The position numbers were made by a program, and so were the translations under genes. This document shows positions 53,086 through 62,519 of a stretch of DNA of 64,000 nucleotides, one piece after another (position 1 is the stretch's first letter; every line of letters starts with the position of its first letter). Below the pieces are notes generated by a model. It had not been told where the DNA came from. It saw only the letters and a list, made by a program, of their open reading frames with translations, and searched no databases. The DNA is from an uncultured Acidimicrobiales bacterium (GTDB lineage Bacteria; Actinomycetota; Acidimicrobiia; Acidimicrobiales; SZUA-35), in the NCBI GenBank assembly GCA_963803845.1, contig CAWDNZ010000004.1, positions 349,309 through 413,308 on the forward strand. The letters are read 5' to 3'.

Positions 53086-54018
53086 CTAGGTGAAGCGCTG
53101 CCTTACCCAGCTTGCTGCCGCCGCTCGACCCTCAACGCCACTGCGTTTTGCCATGGCGAAGTTCCCGTGGATCCCCGACGGTTGGTGCACTGCGGTGACC
53201 GGAACGCCGTGGTTTCGCAGGGCGTCGCCGTAGAGCAGACCCTCCGAGGCCAGCGGATCGAACCCGCACGTGAGCACGAACGCCGGGGCGATTCCGGATA
53301 GGTCCTGCCCGAGTGGGGCCACCCTCGGATCGCTGCGATCGGCGGGGTTCGGAACGTAGCTGTCCCAGAACCACTCCATGGCCTCGGTCACCAGCCCATA
53401 CCCCTCCCCCACTTGCTCAAAGCTCGGCAGCGTGAAGTCACTCTGAACCACCGGATAAACCAAGAGTTGCCCGGCCAGCACGATGCCGTCGTCCCTTGCG
53501 GCTAGGGCTACCGCGGCGGCAAGGTTGCCGCCCGAACTGTCTCCACCCACGATGATGCGAGCCGGATCGATCATGAGCTCCGCCGCATGATCGATTGCCC
53601 AGTGGAGGGATGCGGCGCAGTCATCGAACGCACCGGGAAACGGCGTCTCCGGGGCCAACCGGTAATCCACGCTGATCACCGTGCAACCACTCAGATGACA
53701 CAACGTCTGGGCCGGCAGCTCGCCGGTGTCCAGATCTCCTAGCACCCAACCGCCACCGTGGAACCAGAGGATGGCGGGGGCAGGCGTGTCCTTCATCCGA
53801 TAGATGCGCACCGGCACATCCCCGCCGGGGCCGCAGAAGCTGGAGTTGGTAACCGAATGGACCGCAGGAACCGCTGTCGGTTTCCGGTTGGCAGCAAACT
53901 GACCCCGGACCTCTTGGGTGGTGCAGGTGGCGTAGTCCAGCGGAGCGGAGCCGGGGAGTGCCAGATAGTCGGCAAGATCGTCGTCTATCGCGTCAGCTCG
54001 AGAATACTCAGACGTCAT
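53086..54018 (-). CDS. Alpha/beta hydrolase (HSL family esterase)
   Basis: FHGGGW, DYRLAPE, GDSSG, FDPL, IHG. Confidence 0.92.
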   Translation of the reverse strand: MTSEYSRADAIDDDLADYLALPGSAPLDYATCTTQEVRGQFAANRKPTAVPAVHSVTNSSFCGPGGDVPVRIYRMKDTPAPAILWFHGGGWVLGDLDTGELPAQTLCHLSGCTVISVDYRLAPETPFPGAFDDCAASLHWAIDHAAELMIDPARIIVGGDSSGGNLAAAVALAARDDGIVLAGQLLVYPVVQSDFTLPSFEQVGEGYGLVTEAMEWFWDSYVPNPADRSDPRVAPLGQDLSGIAPAFVLTCGFDPLASEGLLYGDALRNHGVPVTAVHQPSGIHGNFAMAKRSGVEGRAAAASWVRQRFT

Positions 54019-54125
54019 TGCCTGAGAGTAGTTGGACCGGCGGGTGGGAAAGACTTGAGATGACCTGACTGCGCCGCAACACCAGAGCCTAGATTGACAG
54101 TGCACATCCTCGGAACGGAGCGAGC

Positions 54126-55307
54126 TTGTCAACAACCGATCATGATGCCGCACCGTTGGATCTGGAGGCGTTGCGCCATGCACGGCGGGAACACCTCCGG
54201 CGGCACATGGTTCAAGCGGGTATCGGCCTCTGTGTCCTGACCAACCCTGTCTCCATTCGGTACGCCACCGATTACCGCGGCTATGGCACATTCCAGAGCC
54301 GAATCCCCAGCCAATACCTTCTCATTGCGATCACCGGGCCGGTGGTCCTGCATGGCGCGTACACAGATGCGTTGAGCACGATCGACAATTGCGCCACCGC
54401 CCACTCCATCACGGGGTTCGACGCCGGCTTGGACATGGGTGCTGCGGCGAAACGATTTGTCGCCGACGTTCAAGCCGCTCTACGCGCCTGTGGGCTTGGA
54501 CCAGAGGCGCCCGTGGCCGTTGAACGTTCCACCCCGTCCGGGCATCGAGCCCTGGAGGCGGCCGGGCTGATCGTGGTGGATGCCGAGCCAACCCTTGAAC
54601 TGGCCAGGAGCCGCAAACTCCCGGCTGAACTCACCGCCCTCCGAGCCGCGATCGGGGTAGCCGAACAAGCGATCGCCCGGATGCACGAAGCGCTCGTACC
54701 CGGGATCAGCGAGAACGAACTGTTCGCCATTCTTCATCACACAAACATCGCCAACGACGGCGACTGGATAGATGGACGAATGCTTTGCTCCGGCCCACGG
54801 ACCAACCCCTGGTATCAAGAAGCCAGTGGTCGAAGGGTCCAAAATGGCGAACTGGTGGCCTTCGATACAGACATGATCGGACCGTTTGGCTATTGCGCCG
54901 ACATCTCCCGTACGTGGGTCTGTGGCGGTGCAGCCGGTCCTGCTCAAACGGATTTGTACAAGCGGGCGCTCGCGGAGATCCACCACAACACCAGCCTGCT
55001 CGAAGTCGGGGCCAGCTTCCGCGACATCTCAAACGCAACGTTTCGCCACCCTGAGGAATACCTCGCCAACCGATATGCCTGCGCTTTCCACGGTGTAGGG
55101 ATGAGCGATGAGTACCCCAAGATCCCCTATCCGCAGGACTGGCATTGGACCGGATATGACGGCGAACTGGAAGACGGCACGGTGCTCTCGGTGGAAAGTT
55201 ACGTTGGCGCCACTGGCGGATCGGAAGGCATCAAACTAGAACAAATGGTGCAAGTGACAAGCTCCGGTGTTCTGCCCCTGTCCACCTCCCCGCTGTGGGA
55301 GGTGTGA
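54126..55307 (+). CDS. M24-fold metalloenzyme, DddP (DMSP lyase)-like
   Basis: SGPRTNPWYQE, FDTDMIG, ADISRTW, RY...HGVGMSDEYP, SVES, KLEQ. Confidence 0.75.
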   Translation: MSTTDHDAAPLDLEALRHARREHLRRHMVQAGIGLCVLTNPVSIRYATDYRGYGTFQSRIPSQYLLIAITGPVVLHGAYTDALSTIDNCATAHSITGFDAGLDMGAAAKRFVADVQAALRACGLGPEAPVAVERSTPSGHRALEAAGLIVVDAEPTLELARSRKLPAELTALRAAIGVAEQAIARMHEALVPGISENELFAILHHTNIANDGDWIDGRMLCSGPRTNPWYQEASGRRVQNGELVAFDTDMIGPFGYCADISRTWVCGGAAGPAQTDLYKRALAEIHHNTSLLEVGASFRDISNATFRHPEEYLANRYACAFHGVGMSDEYPKIPYPQDWHWTGYDGELEDGTVLSVESYVGATGGSEGIKLEQMVQVTSSGVLPLSTSPLWEV

Positions 55308-55308
55308 G

Positions 55309-56334
55309 TTGACCAGCGCAGGAGCGCCGCCGGCGCCGCCTCAAACCGGACCCACGGCGTGGCGGGGCTGCGACATACAAGACTCCATGCAATGGTCCTG
55401 GCAATGGACTGCGAGTGAGGTCGATGAGCTCTTAGCTGCGGCTGAACCCTACCGGGAGGCATCCGACACCGAGCTGTCCGGCCTCACACCCGAGACCTTT
55501 CGGCTTCCTTCCGTCACCCCAAAACTCATTGCGCTCCGCCGCCGGCTGACCCATGGGCGAGGCTTCGAACTGGTTCAGGGGTTTCCCGCCCAGGACCTCA
55601 CCGAAGGCCAGTGTCGAGCTGTTTTTGCCGGGATCGGGACGCACATCGGAAGCCTTCGCAGCCAGAATGGCGCCGGCGATCTTCTCGGCCAGGTGAGGAA
55701 CGTTGGAGCCGATGGCAGAGACCCGAACGTGCGCATCTACCAGACCAACGAGCGGCAGAGTTTCCATACCGACTCCGCCGACGTTGTTGGCCTCCTTTGC
55801 CTACAGACCGGCGCCACCGGCGGCGATTCACTCCTGGTGAGCGCAGCCACCATCTACAACGAGATGTTGCGGACAGACAAGGCCCTGGCTGCGGTCCTGT
55901 TCCAACCGATCGCCACCGATCGCCGTGGTGAGGTTCCGCCGGGTGCTCTGCCCTACTTCACCATCCCGGTGCTCACCTCGTACCGCAACGCTCTAACGGT
56001 CATGTATCAGCGTCAATACATCCAGTCCGCCCAGCGGTTTGGTGAGGCTCCGCGCCTCACCACAAAGGTGATGAAGGCTCTCGACCTTTTCGACCGGATC
56101 GCCAACGACCCCACCATGCATCTACAAATGCGTTTGGATGTTGGTGACATGCAATTCGTTCACAATCACTCCATGCTCCACGATCGCACGGCCTTCACCG
56201 ATCGGCCCGGCGCGCCCCGCCACCTTCTGCGGCTCTGGTTATCGGTCCCCGGTGACCGTGAGCTACCGCCGGTTTTTGCGCAGCGCCTGGGGTCGGTGGT
56301 CGTTGGCGACCGGGGCGGAATCGTTGTGGGCTAG
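55309..56334 (+). CDS. TauD/TfdA-family Fe(II)/2-oxoglutarate dioxygenase
   Basis: FHTDSADVVGLLC, HNHSMLHDRT, RHLLRLW; TTG start after GGAGG. Confidence 0.9.
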   Translation: MTSAGAPPAPPQTGPTAWRGCDIQDSMQWSWQWTASEVDELLAAAEPYREASDTELSGLTPETFRLPSVTPKLIALRRRLTHGRGFELVQGFPAQDLTEGQCRAVFAGIGTHIGSLRSQNGAGDLLGQVRNVGADGRDPNVRIYQTNERQSFHTDSADVVGLLCLQTGATGGDSLLVSAATIYNEMLRTDKALAAVLFQPIATDRRGEVPPGALPYFTIPVLTSYRNALTVMYQRQYIQSAQRFGEAPRLTTKVMKALDLFDRIANDPTMHLQMRLDVGDMQFVHNHSMLHDRTAFTDRPGAPRHLLRLWLSVPGDRELPPVFAQRLGSVVVGDRGGIVVG

Positions 56335-56388
56335 GGCCGGATCTTCGGCCACCGGAACAAAGCCCCGATTTCCGGGGTTGGGGCCGGT

Positions 56389-57165
56389 ATGACAAGTGAC
56401 GCGCCCTCGGCCGCCGACTCCAACAAGTACGACATCGAGTTCTTCTGGGATCCTGTATGCCCGTTCGCATGGATCACCTCGCGCTGGATTCACAAAGTCA
56501 TGGACCAGCGTGAGTACTCGGTTCGTTGGCGCTTCATCTCGCTCCGCTTGTTGAATTCCCACATCGACTACGAGGCTCACTTCCCGCCGGACTATGAGCA
56601 CGGCCATACGGCCGGGCTCCGCATGCTGCGGGTGGCTTCGGCAATTCGCGACGACCTGGGCGAAGACGCGATGCAGGATCTCTACGACGCATTCGGCAGC
56701 TCGGTTTTCGACGTGGACCGATCCGAGGGAGGCTTGGATCCCGGGGCGGAACCCCGCACATGGCTGGGAACCACCGACCACCTCCAAACCGTTCTCAAGG
56801 CCCTGGGCCACGACCCCAGCTACGCGGCCGCCGCCGACGACGAGACACGCGACGCCATCGTGCAGGCGGACACCGATGCGGCGGTTGCACTTACCGGACG
56901 TGACGTTGGCACCCCCATCATCGCATTCCATGGGAAGGACGGTGCAGAGACAACCGCCTTCTTTGGCCCGGTGATCAGCCGAGTGCCCGATGACGAGGAT
57001 GCGGTGGAACTGTGGGATGCGGTCACGACCCTCGCGGCATTCCCGAGTTTTGCGGAGATGAAGCGCAGTCTGCGAGAGCGCCCTCAATTGCGCGCCCTCG
57101 GGGTGAACACCGGTGAAGCCGGCAAGGTCGAAGACTGGAAGGCCGGCTCCCGCCGCTGGGACTGA
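56389..57165 (+). CDS. DsbA-fold oxidoreductase (Rv2466c-like)
   Basis: FFWDPVCPFAWITSRW, DVGTP, FFGPVI, FAEMKR. Confidence 0.82.
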   Translation: MTSDAPSAADSNKYDIEFFWDPVCPFAWITSRWIHKVMDQREYSVRWRFISLRLLNSHIDYEAHFPPDYEHGHTAGLRMLRVASAIRDDLGEDAMQDLYDAFGSSVFDVDRSEGGLDPGAEPRTWLGTTDHLQTVLKALGHDPSYAAAADDETRDAIVQADTDAAVALTGRDVGTPIIAFHGKDGAETTAFFGPVISRVPDDEDAVELWDAVTTLAAFPSFAEMKRSLRERPQLRALGVNTGEAGKVEDWKAGSRRWD

Positions 57166-57181
57166 CCCAGCGGATTGCTGG

Positions 57182-58090
57182 TCAGATCCCCTTGCCGAAT
57201 CGGTGAAGCAGTTGGAGAACTCGATTGGCGGGAACGCCGGCTGCAACGGCGAGGGCAACGACCCAGCGGGGCTCCCGCCAGTTCAACCGGGCCACTTCGA
57301 CCACGGTTTTGAGTGCCCTTCGTCGTTGACCGATCGCCCCCTGAGCCACCGCCTGCTGGCCTTTGATCCTGGCCAGGCCAGCCGGAACAGATTGGAAATC
57401 CGGGTGTTTGACCACCAGGTACTCGAGAGCCTCGTCGATCATCTTCCAGCGCTCAAAGAAGAAGGATGCGCCGTGCCAGTAGATGCGAACCAGCGGCTCT
57501 GCTATGACGGCAAATTCGGTGCGCTCCGATGCCCGTAGGAGCAGGTCATAGTCTTCGGCGTAACCGCCGGGAAGGTCCTCGTCGATCCCGCCCAGTTGTC
57601 GGAGCAACTCGGTGGCGGCAACGAACGACGACGGATGCACTTCGGTCATGCGATCCCTGAGGAATCCGTTGTGGGTCACCTTCTGCGGGTCGGGAATGCG
57701 AGCGGTGTCGGTTCCTTCGTAGTTGATGAAGACGCCGGTGGCAGCAAATTGACACGACGGGGCTGCGCTCAACGCCTGCATCTGGGCGTTCAGTTTTCCG
57801 GGTAACCACTCATCATCGTCGTCGCAAAAGGCAACCCAGGGCTGTGTGGCAGCGGCGATCCCGGTGTTTCGGGCGCCCGCCAGGCCCGGCGAATGCGAGT
57901 TCGTGGTGACTGCAACGGACCGGTCCGGATCTACAGAAACGAGGGAGTCATCGGGCTCGGACCGATCGAAGACCAGGATCACGTTGATCGGACCCTCGTA
58001 GTCCTGAGAGAGAATCCCGGCCATCGCTCGACGGAGAAGTTCTGGACGATCGCGGGTAGCGATCACCACCGAAACGCCGGCGGCGGTCAC
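57182..58090 (-). CDS. Glycosyltransferase family 2
   Basis: VSVVIATR, ARNTG, FCDDDDEW, EDYDL. Confidence 0.92.
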   Translation of the reverse strand: MTAAGVSVVIATRDRPELLRRAMAGILSQDYEGPINVILVFDRSEPDDSLVSVDPDRSVAVTTNSHSPGLAGARNTGIAAATQPWVAFCDDDDEWLPGKLNAQMQALSAAPSCQFAATGVFINYEGTDTARIPDPQKVTHNGFLRDRMTEVHPSSFVAATELLRQLGGIDEDLPGGYAEDYDLLLRASERTEFAVIAEPLVRIYWHGASFFFERWKMIDEALEYLVVKHPDFQSVPAGLARIKGQQAVAQGAIGQRRRALKTVVEVARLNWREPRWVVALAVAAGVPANRVLQLLHRFGKGI

Positions 58091-58608
58091 GGGCGATTTC
58101 CCAGCAAGCCGTCAACGTGACGCCCAAAGGCCACAACGCCCGCGGGGAGAACGCCATCGTTCACGGGAAAGGCCGTGCGGGCCGGGTCGGCCAAACCCGA
58201 CTCCACCGCAGAATACAACCGGTCCTGAGTGGCGGCCAGAATGGCCATGTCATGGCGCTGCAAATGGCGAGCGAAGGACATCTGGTGACCATCCACGTGC
58301 TCACCCTGGGCGGGATCACGAGCAACGACGATCGGAATCCGTCCCGCCATGCGGGCATCCATCACCGTTGACGGACCGCCATGGCTGACCACCACGTCGG
58401 CCCGGGCGAACAGCTTACGAAGCTGATCGTGGGGTAGGAGTGCGTCACCTTTGGTGTTGGTCGGAACCTCTGCCGAGCCGTATTGAATGACCACTTCGAC
58501 CTCGGGGTGATCACCAGCCCATGCGTCCATCCAGTTGACCAGGCGGTCGAACCGGTGGTGGTCGGTTCCCACCGACACCATGACGAGTTGGGTTGTTGGT
58601 TGATCCAT
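58087..58608 (-). CDS. PssE/Alg13-like glycosyltransferase subunit
   Basis: VSVGTDHHRFDRL, IQYG, VSHGG, EHVDGHQ. Confidence 0.88.
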   Translation of the reverse strand: MDQPTTQLVMVSVGTDHHRFDRLVNWMDAWAGDHPEVEVVIQYGSAEVPTNTKGDALLPHDQLRKLFARADVVVSHGGPSTVMDARMAGRIPIVVARDPAQGEHVDGHQMSFARHLQRHDMAILAATQDRLYSAVESGLADPARTAFPVNDGVLPAGVVAFGRHVDGLLGNRP

Positions 58609-58619
58609 CTGCCAGCCTC

Positions 58620-59099
58620 CTAGTACAGCGGTCCGATGAGGTGACTTCCCGGGTACAGCTTCTGCTGCTCGGGCCATTGCACGAGAAACGACGTGGTGAA
58701 CGGCTGCACCAGGCGGCCAGTGAGGGTGCGGGAATCAACGCGGTCATAGACCTCCAAGAAGATCGTGGGGATCTTCCGCCGCCGGGCCTCCAGAAAGAAC
58801 GGCACGGCCACGGCAGCACCATTGGACACCACCACATCGGGTTGCTCTCGAGCGATCACCCGACGCGCCAAGCCGTAGTTGCGAGCAACGTTCAGCAGGT
58901 TTCGAGTGGTGGGGTGAAATGCCGGTGTGAATGACTCCTCCGCAAGCTTGCTCTGTGCATCGGGGAGATCGAAGGTCACCCAGTGCCGGTAATGATCACG
59001 CCACCAGGGCTCCAACTGGATCAGCTGGGAGAGGTGACCACCGGAGGAACACACAAAGAGCACTCGATGCTGTTTGGTCTCGCTGCTGCTAAGGGTCAC
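58620..59099 (-). CDS. PssD/Alg14-like glycosyltransferase subunit
   Basis: CSSGGHL, PDVVVSNGAAVAVPFF, TLTG, VQW. Confidence 0.9.
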   Translation of the reverse strand: MTLSSSETKQHRVLFVCSSGGHLSQLIQLEPWWRDHYRHWVTFDLPDAQSKLAEESFTPAFHPTTRNLLNVARNYGLARRVIAREQPDVVVSNGAAVAVPFFLEARRRKIPTIFLEVYDRVDSRTLTGRLVQPFTTSFLVQWPEQQKLYPGSHLIGPLY

Positions 59100-59215
59100 T
59101 TTTCGTTGCCGCCTTCATCTGCTACTTACTTAAGTTGTCGACACGCACTGACGACTTATTGAGCAACACGATGTTTCGCGCATTACGACCCACTAGGCAC
59201 CCGTTGAGCCCTCCG

Positions 59216-60382
59216 ATGACAGTTGAGATCCACGGCCGGGCTGCCAGCCCCAAAGGTTCGCTCGAATGGCTGATAGAGGTTTTGGGCGGCGAGGTCGACG
59301 GACCTTCCACCCCCATGCTGGCTCGGCCGACAGCGGAGAATCCGGAACTGCTGATCCCACTGTCGTCACCGGCGGTGTCAGCTGCCGCCTTAACCCGGCG
59401 CCACGACGGGCGATCACTAAGAGAACAAGCAATCTCGGAGTTGGCATTGATGGCCACGAGGACCGGTCAGCTCCGTCGAGCGGGCGGCGAGGTCGTCGAT
59501 TTTCCGGCTACCGCCACGGTGCAGCTGTTGGCGACCGAGCTGGGCCATACCGGGCTGATCCCAGCCGTCGGGATCGGGCCACCCCGTCGGAACCGGAAGC
59601 CGTCCGTAATGTTGATAACGCCGGATGGGCGCACGCTGGCCTATGCGAAGATCGGCTGGTCCGGACTCACTCGAAGCCTGGTGGCCAACGAATTCGATTG
59701 GTTGCAGCGCCTCGACGGACGGGTCCCCGAGCCCTTTGTCATCCCGGCGCCACTACTGGCCACAGGTGCTCCATCTGGACCGGACGGGCCGACCAAGACC
59801 ATCGTGATGACGCCACTGCCGGGAAGCCGGGGGCGGAAGTATCCCCAACTCGACGCATCCGAGATAAAGAGCTTGGCGCGAACGCTGGGAACCCGAAGAC
59901 GCAACGTTGCTGATCTTTCGTGGCTGACGCCGCCGGACAACGACGGCTCGACTGTTGACGAACTCAGCCAACGGCTCGGAGCCGCCATCATGGCGGTTCG
60001 TGATCAACATGCTCAGGTCGAACTGGAGACAGGGCTGTGGCACGGCGACCTCAACCGTTGGAACACCGTGACCAGCGGTGCTGCTCTCGGAGTCTTCGAT
60101 TGGGAATTCGCCGGGGCCGATCGCCCTGTGGGACAGGACTATCTGCATATCCAATTCGAGACGCTCCGCCGGAGCGGCGGCCGATCACCCACCGAGGCCA
60201 TCGCGGCCTTCCTGCGACAGATGGACACCGAGCGCGATCCGCAGCGGACCGTGGCGATCGACGTGTACCTCGCCGATCTGGCGCTTAGGGAATCCCGGCT
60301 CTCCGGCCAGGGATGGCACGGGCCCATGGCCGGTTACCGCGAACCACTGGTCGAAACACTCGAGAACCGGCTGGCATCGTGA
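59216..60382 (+). CDS. APH-like phosphotransferase-fold protein
   Basis: AYAKIG, NE, WHGDLNRWN, FDWE; start uncertain. Confidence 0.65.
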   Translation: MTVEIHGRAASPKGSLEWLIEVLGGEVDGPSTPMLARPTAENPELLIPLSSPAVSAAALTRRHDGRSLREQAISELALMATRTGQLRRAGGEVVDFPATATVQLLATELGHTGLIPAVGIGPPRRNRKPSVMLITPDGRTLAYAKIGWSGLTRSLVANEFDWLQRLDGRVPEPFVIPAPLLATGAPSGPDGPTKTIVMTPLPGSRGRKYPQLDASEIKSLARTLGTRRRNVADLSWLTPPDNDGSTVDELSQRLGAAIMAVRDQHAQVELETGLWHGDLNRWNTVTSGAALGVFDWEFAGADRPVGQDYLHIQFETLRRSGGRSPTEAIAAFLRQMDTERDPQRTVAIDVYLADLALRESRLSGQGWHGPMAGYREPLVETLENRLAS

Positions 60383-61833
60383 CGGCCACGCTCACCAGGG
60401 GAAAGCAAACCAGCGTGAAGGCGTCGGGCCTTGCAATCATTGGCGCGGTGACCACAATGGTCGCCACCTTCGGCATCGCTCGCCTCGTTTCCGAAAACGG
60501 TGTCGGCGAAGCTGGCGTGTTCTTCCTCGGAACGGCGTTGGTCTCTTTGCTGGGAACCACCGCCACGGTGGGCACGCCGCTCGCGCTCGTCTACTTCATG
60601 CCCCAGGTCATGGCTGAGGAGAACCCAAATCCCCGTGACCTCATTCGGGTCGCCTGCGCCCCGGTGCTGGTCATTGGGCTGGCCTTCGCTGCACTCGTTT
60701 TTGTGGGAGCAGGAACGATCGGCGAACTCTTCGGTGGAAACCGGGCCGAGGAACTGGCAACCGTCGCTCGTTGGCTGGCTCCCACCATTCCCGCGTGGGC
60801 GCTCGGAAACTCGCTGCTTGGCGCCACGCGTGGCCTTGGAACCGTGACCCCGACCATGGTGATCCAACAGGTGGGTCGACCGCTACTTCAGATGACGCTG
60901 TTGATTGGACTGCTCGTAAGCGGTGAGTTGAGTGCCCTCAGCGCCTCGATCGCATGGGGAACTCCAGTGTTGGTGGGAGCCGCAGCGGCCGCTGCAGCAG
61001 TAGCCCGGCATGGCGGCTTCCACGCCGGTGATGCGGCAGTGGTGGGGAGCAGCGAATTTTGGACCTACTGCCGACCTCATGCGCTCACCACCGGATTGCA
61101 GATCGCCGTCGAGCGGCTGGACGTCCTTCTGGTTGGCCTGCTCCTTGGCGAAGTTGTGGCCGGGGTGTACGGCGGCCTCAGCCGGTTCGCCACAGCGGGC
61201 AACTTCATCGTCTTCGCCGTGGCCCAGGCGGTGTCGCCCAACCTTCGAACCGCCCTCAAACATCACCGCCTGGCAGAGGCCACCACGCTGCTCCACCAGG
61301 CATCCAGTTGGATGGTTCTGATCGCCTGGCCCTATCTGCTCATCGTTGCCCTGAAACCAGAACCGCTGGCTCGGCTGCTCCAAGACGACTACGTGCCCGA
61401 CGCCCGAATCCTTTCGATCCTGGTGGTGGGCATGATGGTGAGTTCGGCAGCAGGCCCCATCAAACTCCACCTCCTCATGAGGGGCCACCCGCGGGCCACG
61501 CTCGCCACAACGGCGCTCTCGCTCGTGACGGACATCGTCTTGCTCGTGGCCCTCACCGACCGGTTCGGTATCGGCGGCGCCGCCGTGGCGTGGGCCTTCA
61601 GCGTGGCGATCGAGAACGTTGTGAATAGCTACCTCTCGGCGCGCTGGCACGGCGTGATGGGACTTGCCGCTCCGGCGATTCGAGCGATGGGCGCAGCGGT
61701 GGTCGTGGTCGTGCCGCTCGCACTCCTCACGCCAAACACCTTCGCCGGGCTGGTGCTCACAACCGCAGGCGCCGGCGCACTCATGCTGGGCTACATCTCC
61801 ATGAACAGAACAGCGTTCGGCCTCAATCGCTAG
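60379..61833 (+). CDS. Polysaccharide flippase (Wzx/MOP family)
   Basis: 12-14 TM pattern, ERLDVLLVG, FGIGGAAVA; GTGA overlap. Confidence 0.85.
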   Translation: MTATLTRGKQTSVKASGLAIIGAVTTMVATFGIARLVSENGVGEAGVFFLGTALVSLLGTTATVGTPLALVYFMPQVMAEENPNPRDLIRVACAPVLVIGLAFAALVFVGAGTIGELFGGNRAEELATVARWLAPTIPAWALGNSLLGATRGLGTVTPTMVIQQVGRPLLQMTLLIGLLVSGELSALSASIAWGTPVLVGAAAAAAAVARHGGFHAGDAAVVGSSEFWTYCRPHALTTGLQIAVERLDVLLVGLLLGEVVAGVYGGLSRFATAGNFIVFAVAQAVSPNLRTALKHHRLAEATTLLHQASSWMVLIAWPYLLIVALKPEPLARLLQDDYVPDARILSILVVGMMVSSAAGPIKLHLLMRGHPRATLATTALSLVTDIVLLVALTDRFGIGGAAVAWAFSVAIENVVNSYLSARWHGVMGLAAPAIRAMGAAVVVVVPLALLTPNTFAGLVLTTAGAGALMLGYISMNRTAFGLNR

Positions 61834-61844
61834 AGCGCACTGTT

Positions 61845-62500
61845 GTCCCTCCGGGGGACGTTCAAACGCCACGCAGGCTGGGCTGTCCCTCCGGGGGACG
61901 TTCAGACGCCACGCAGGCTGGGTCGTCCCTCCGGGAGACGTTCAAAACGCCACGCAGGCTGGGCTGTCCCTCCGGGAGACGTTCAAGCGCCACGCAGGCT
62001 CCGCCTTCCGGCACTGCAATAACTCCTGTCCGAGCCTGAGCTCGGACTGCTCACCGTGCGGTCCCTCCGGGGCGAGGGCAAGCGCGTTACGGGCCACCTG
62101 GGAGCCTGCGGCGCCATGGCAGCTGGCAGCACGATCGTTGTCCCTCCGGGGGACGTTCAGACGCCACGCAGACTGGGCTGTCCCTCCGGGGGACGTTCAG
62201 ACGCCACGCAGACTGGGCTGTCCCTCCGGGGGACGTTCAGACGCCACGCAGGCTTTCGCCTGCGGCACTGCAAAAGGTGCATAGGTAACTGAACGCGTGA
62301 CTACTCACCGTGCGGACCCTCCGGGGGTGTAACCCTTTACGCGCAGCGGGAGCCTGCGGCGCAATCTTTCGGCAGCGTGATTGCTGTCCCTCCGGGGGAC
62401 GTTCAGACGCCACGCAGGCATTCGCCTGCGGCACTGCAAGAGATCTTCAGCATCGGAGCACTTGACTACGCAACAGACCGCGTCCCTCTGAGGGCAATCG
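61845..62500. repeat. Hierarchical palindromic repeat element (eight 40-bp units in three ~170-bp cassettes)
   Basis: GTCCCTCCGGGGGACGTTCAGACGCCACGCAGGCTGGGCT starts at 61845, 61885, 61925, 61966, 62140, 62180, 62220 and 62386; conserved linker blocks separate the arrays. Confidence 0.95.
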
Positions 62501-62519
62501 CTTGGCAGCCTTGCGCCGC

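Noticed and set aside
61845-62420. CRISPR array
   Set aside because: The 40-bp units are directly tandem without unique spacers between them, and there are no cas genes in the window. Reported as a hierarchical repeat instead.
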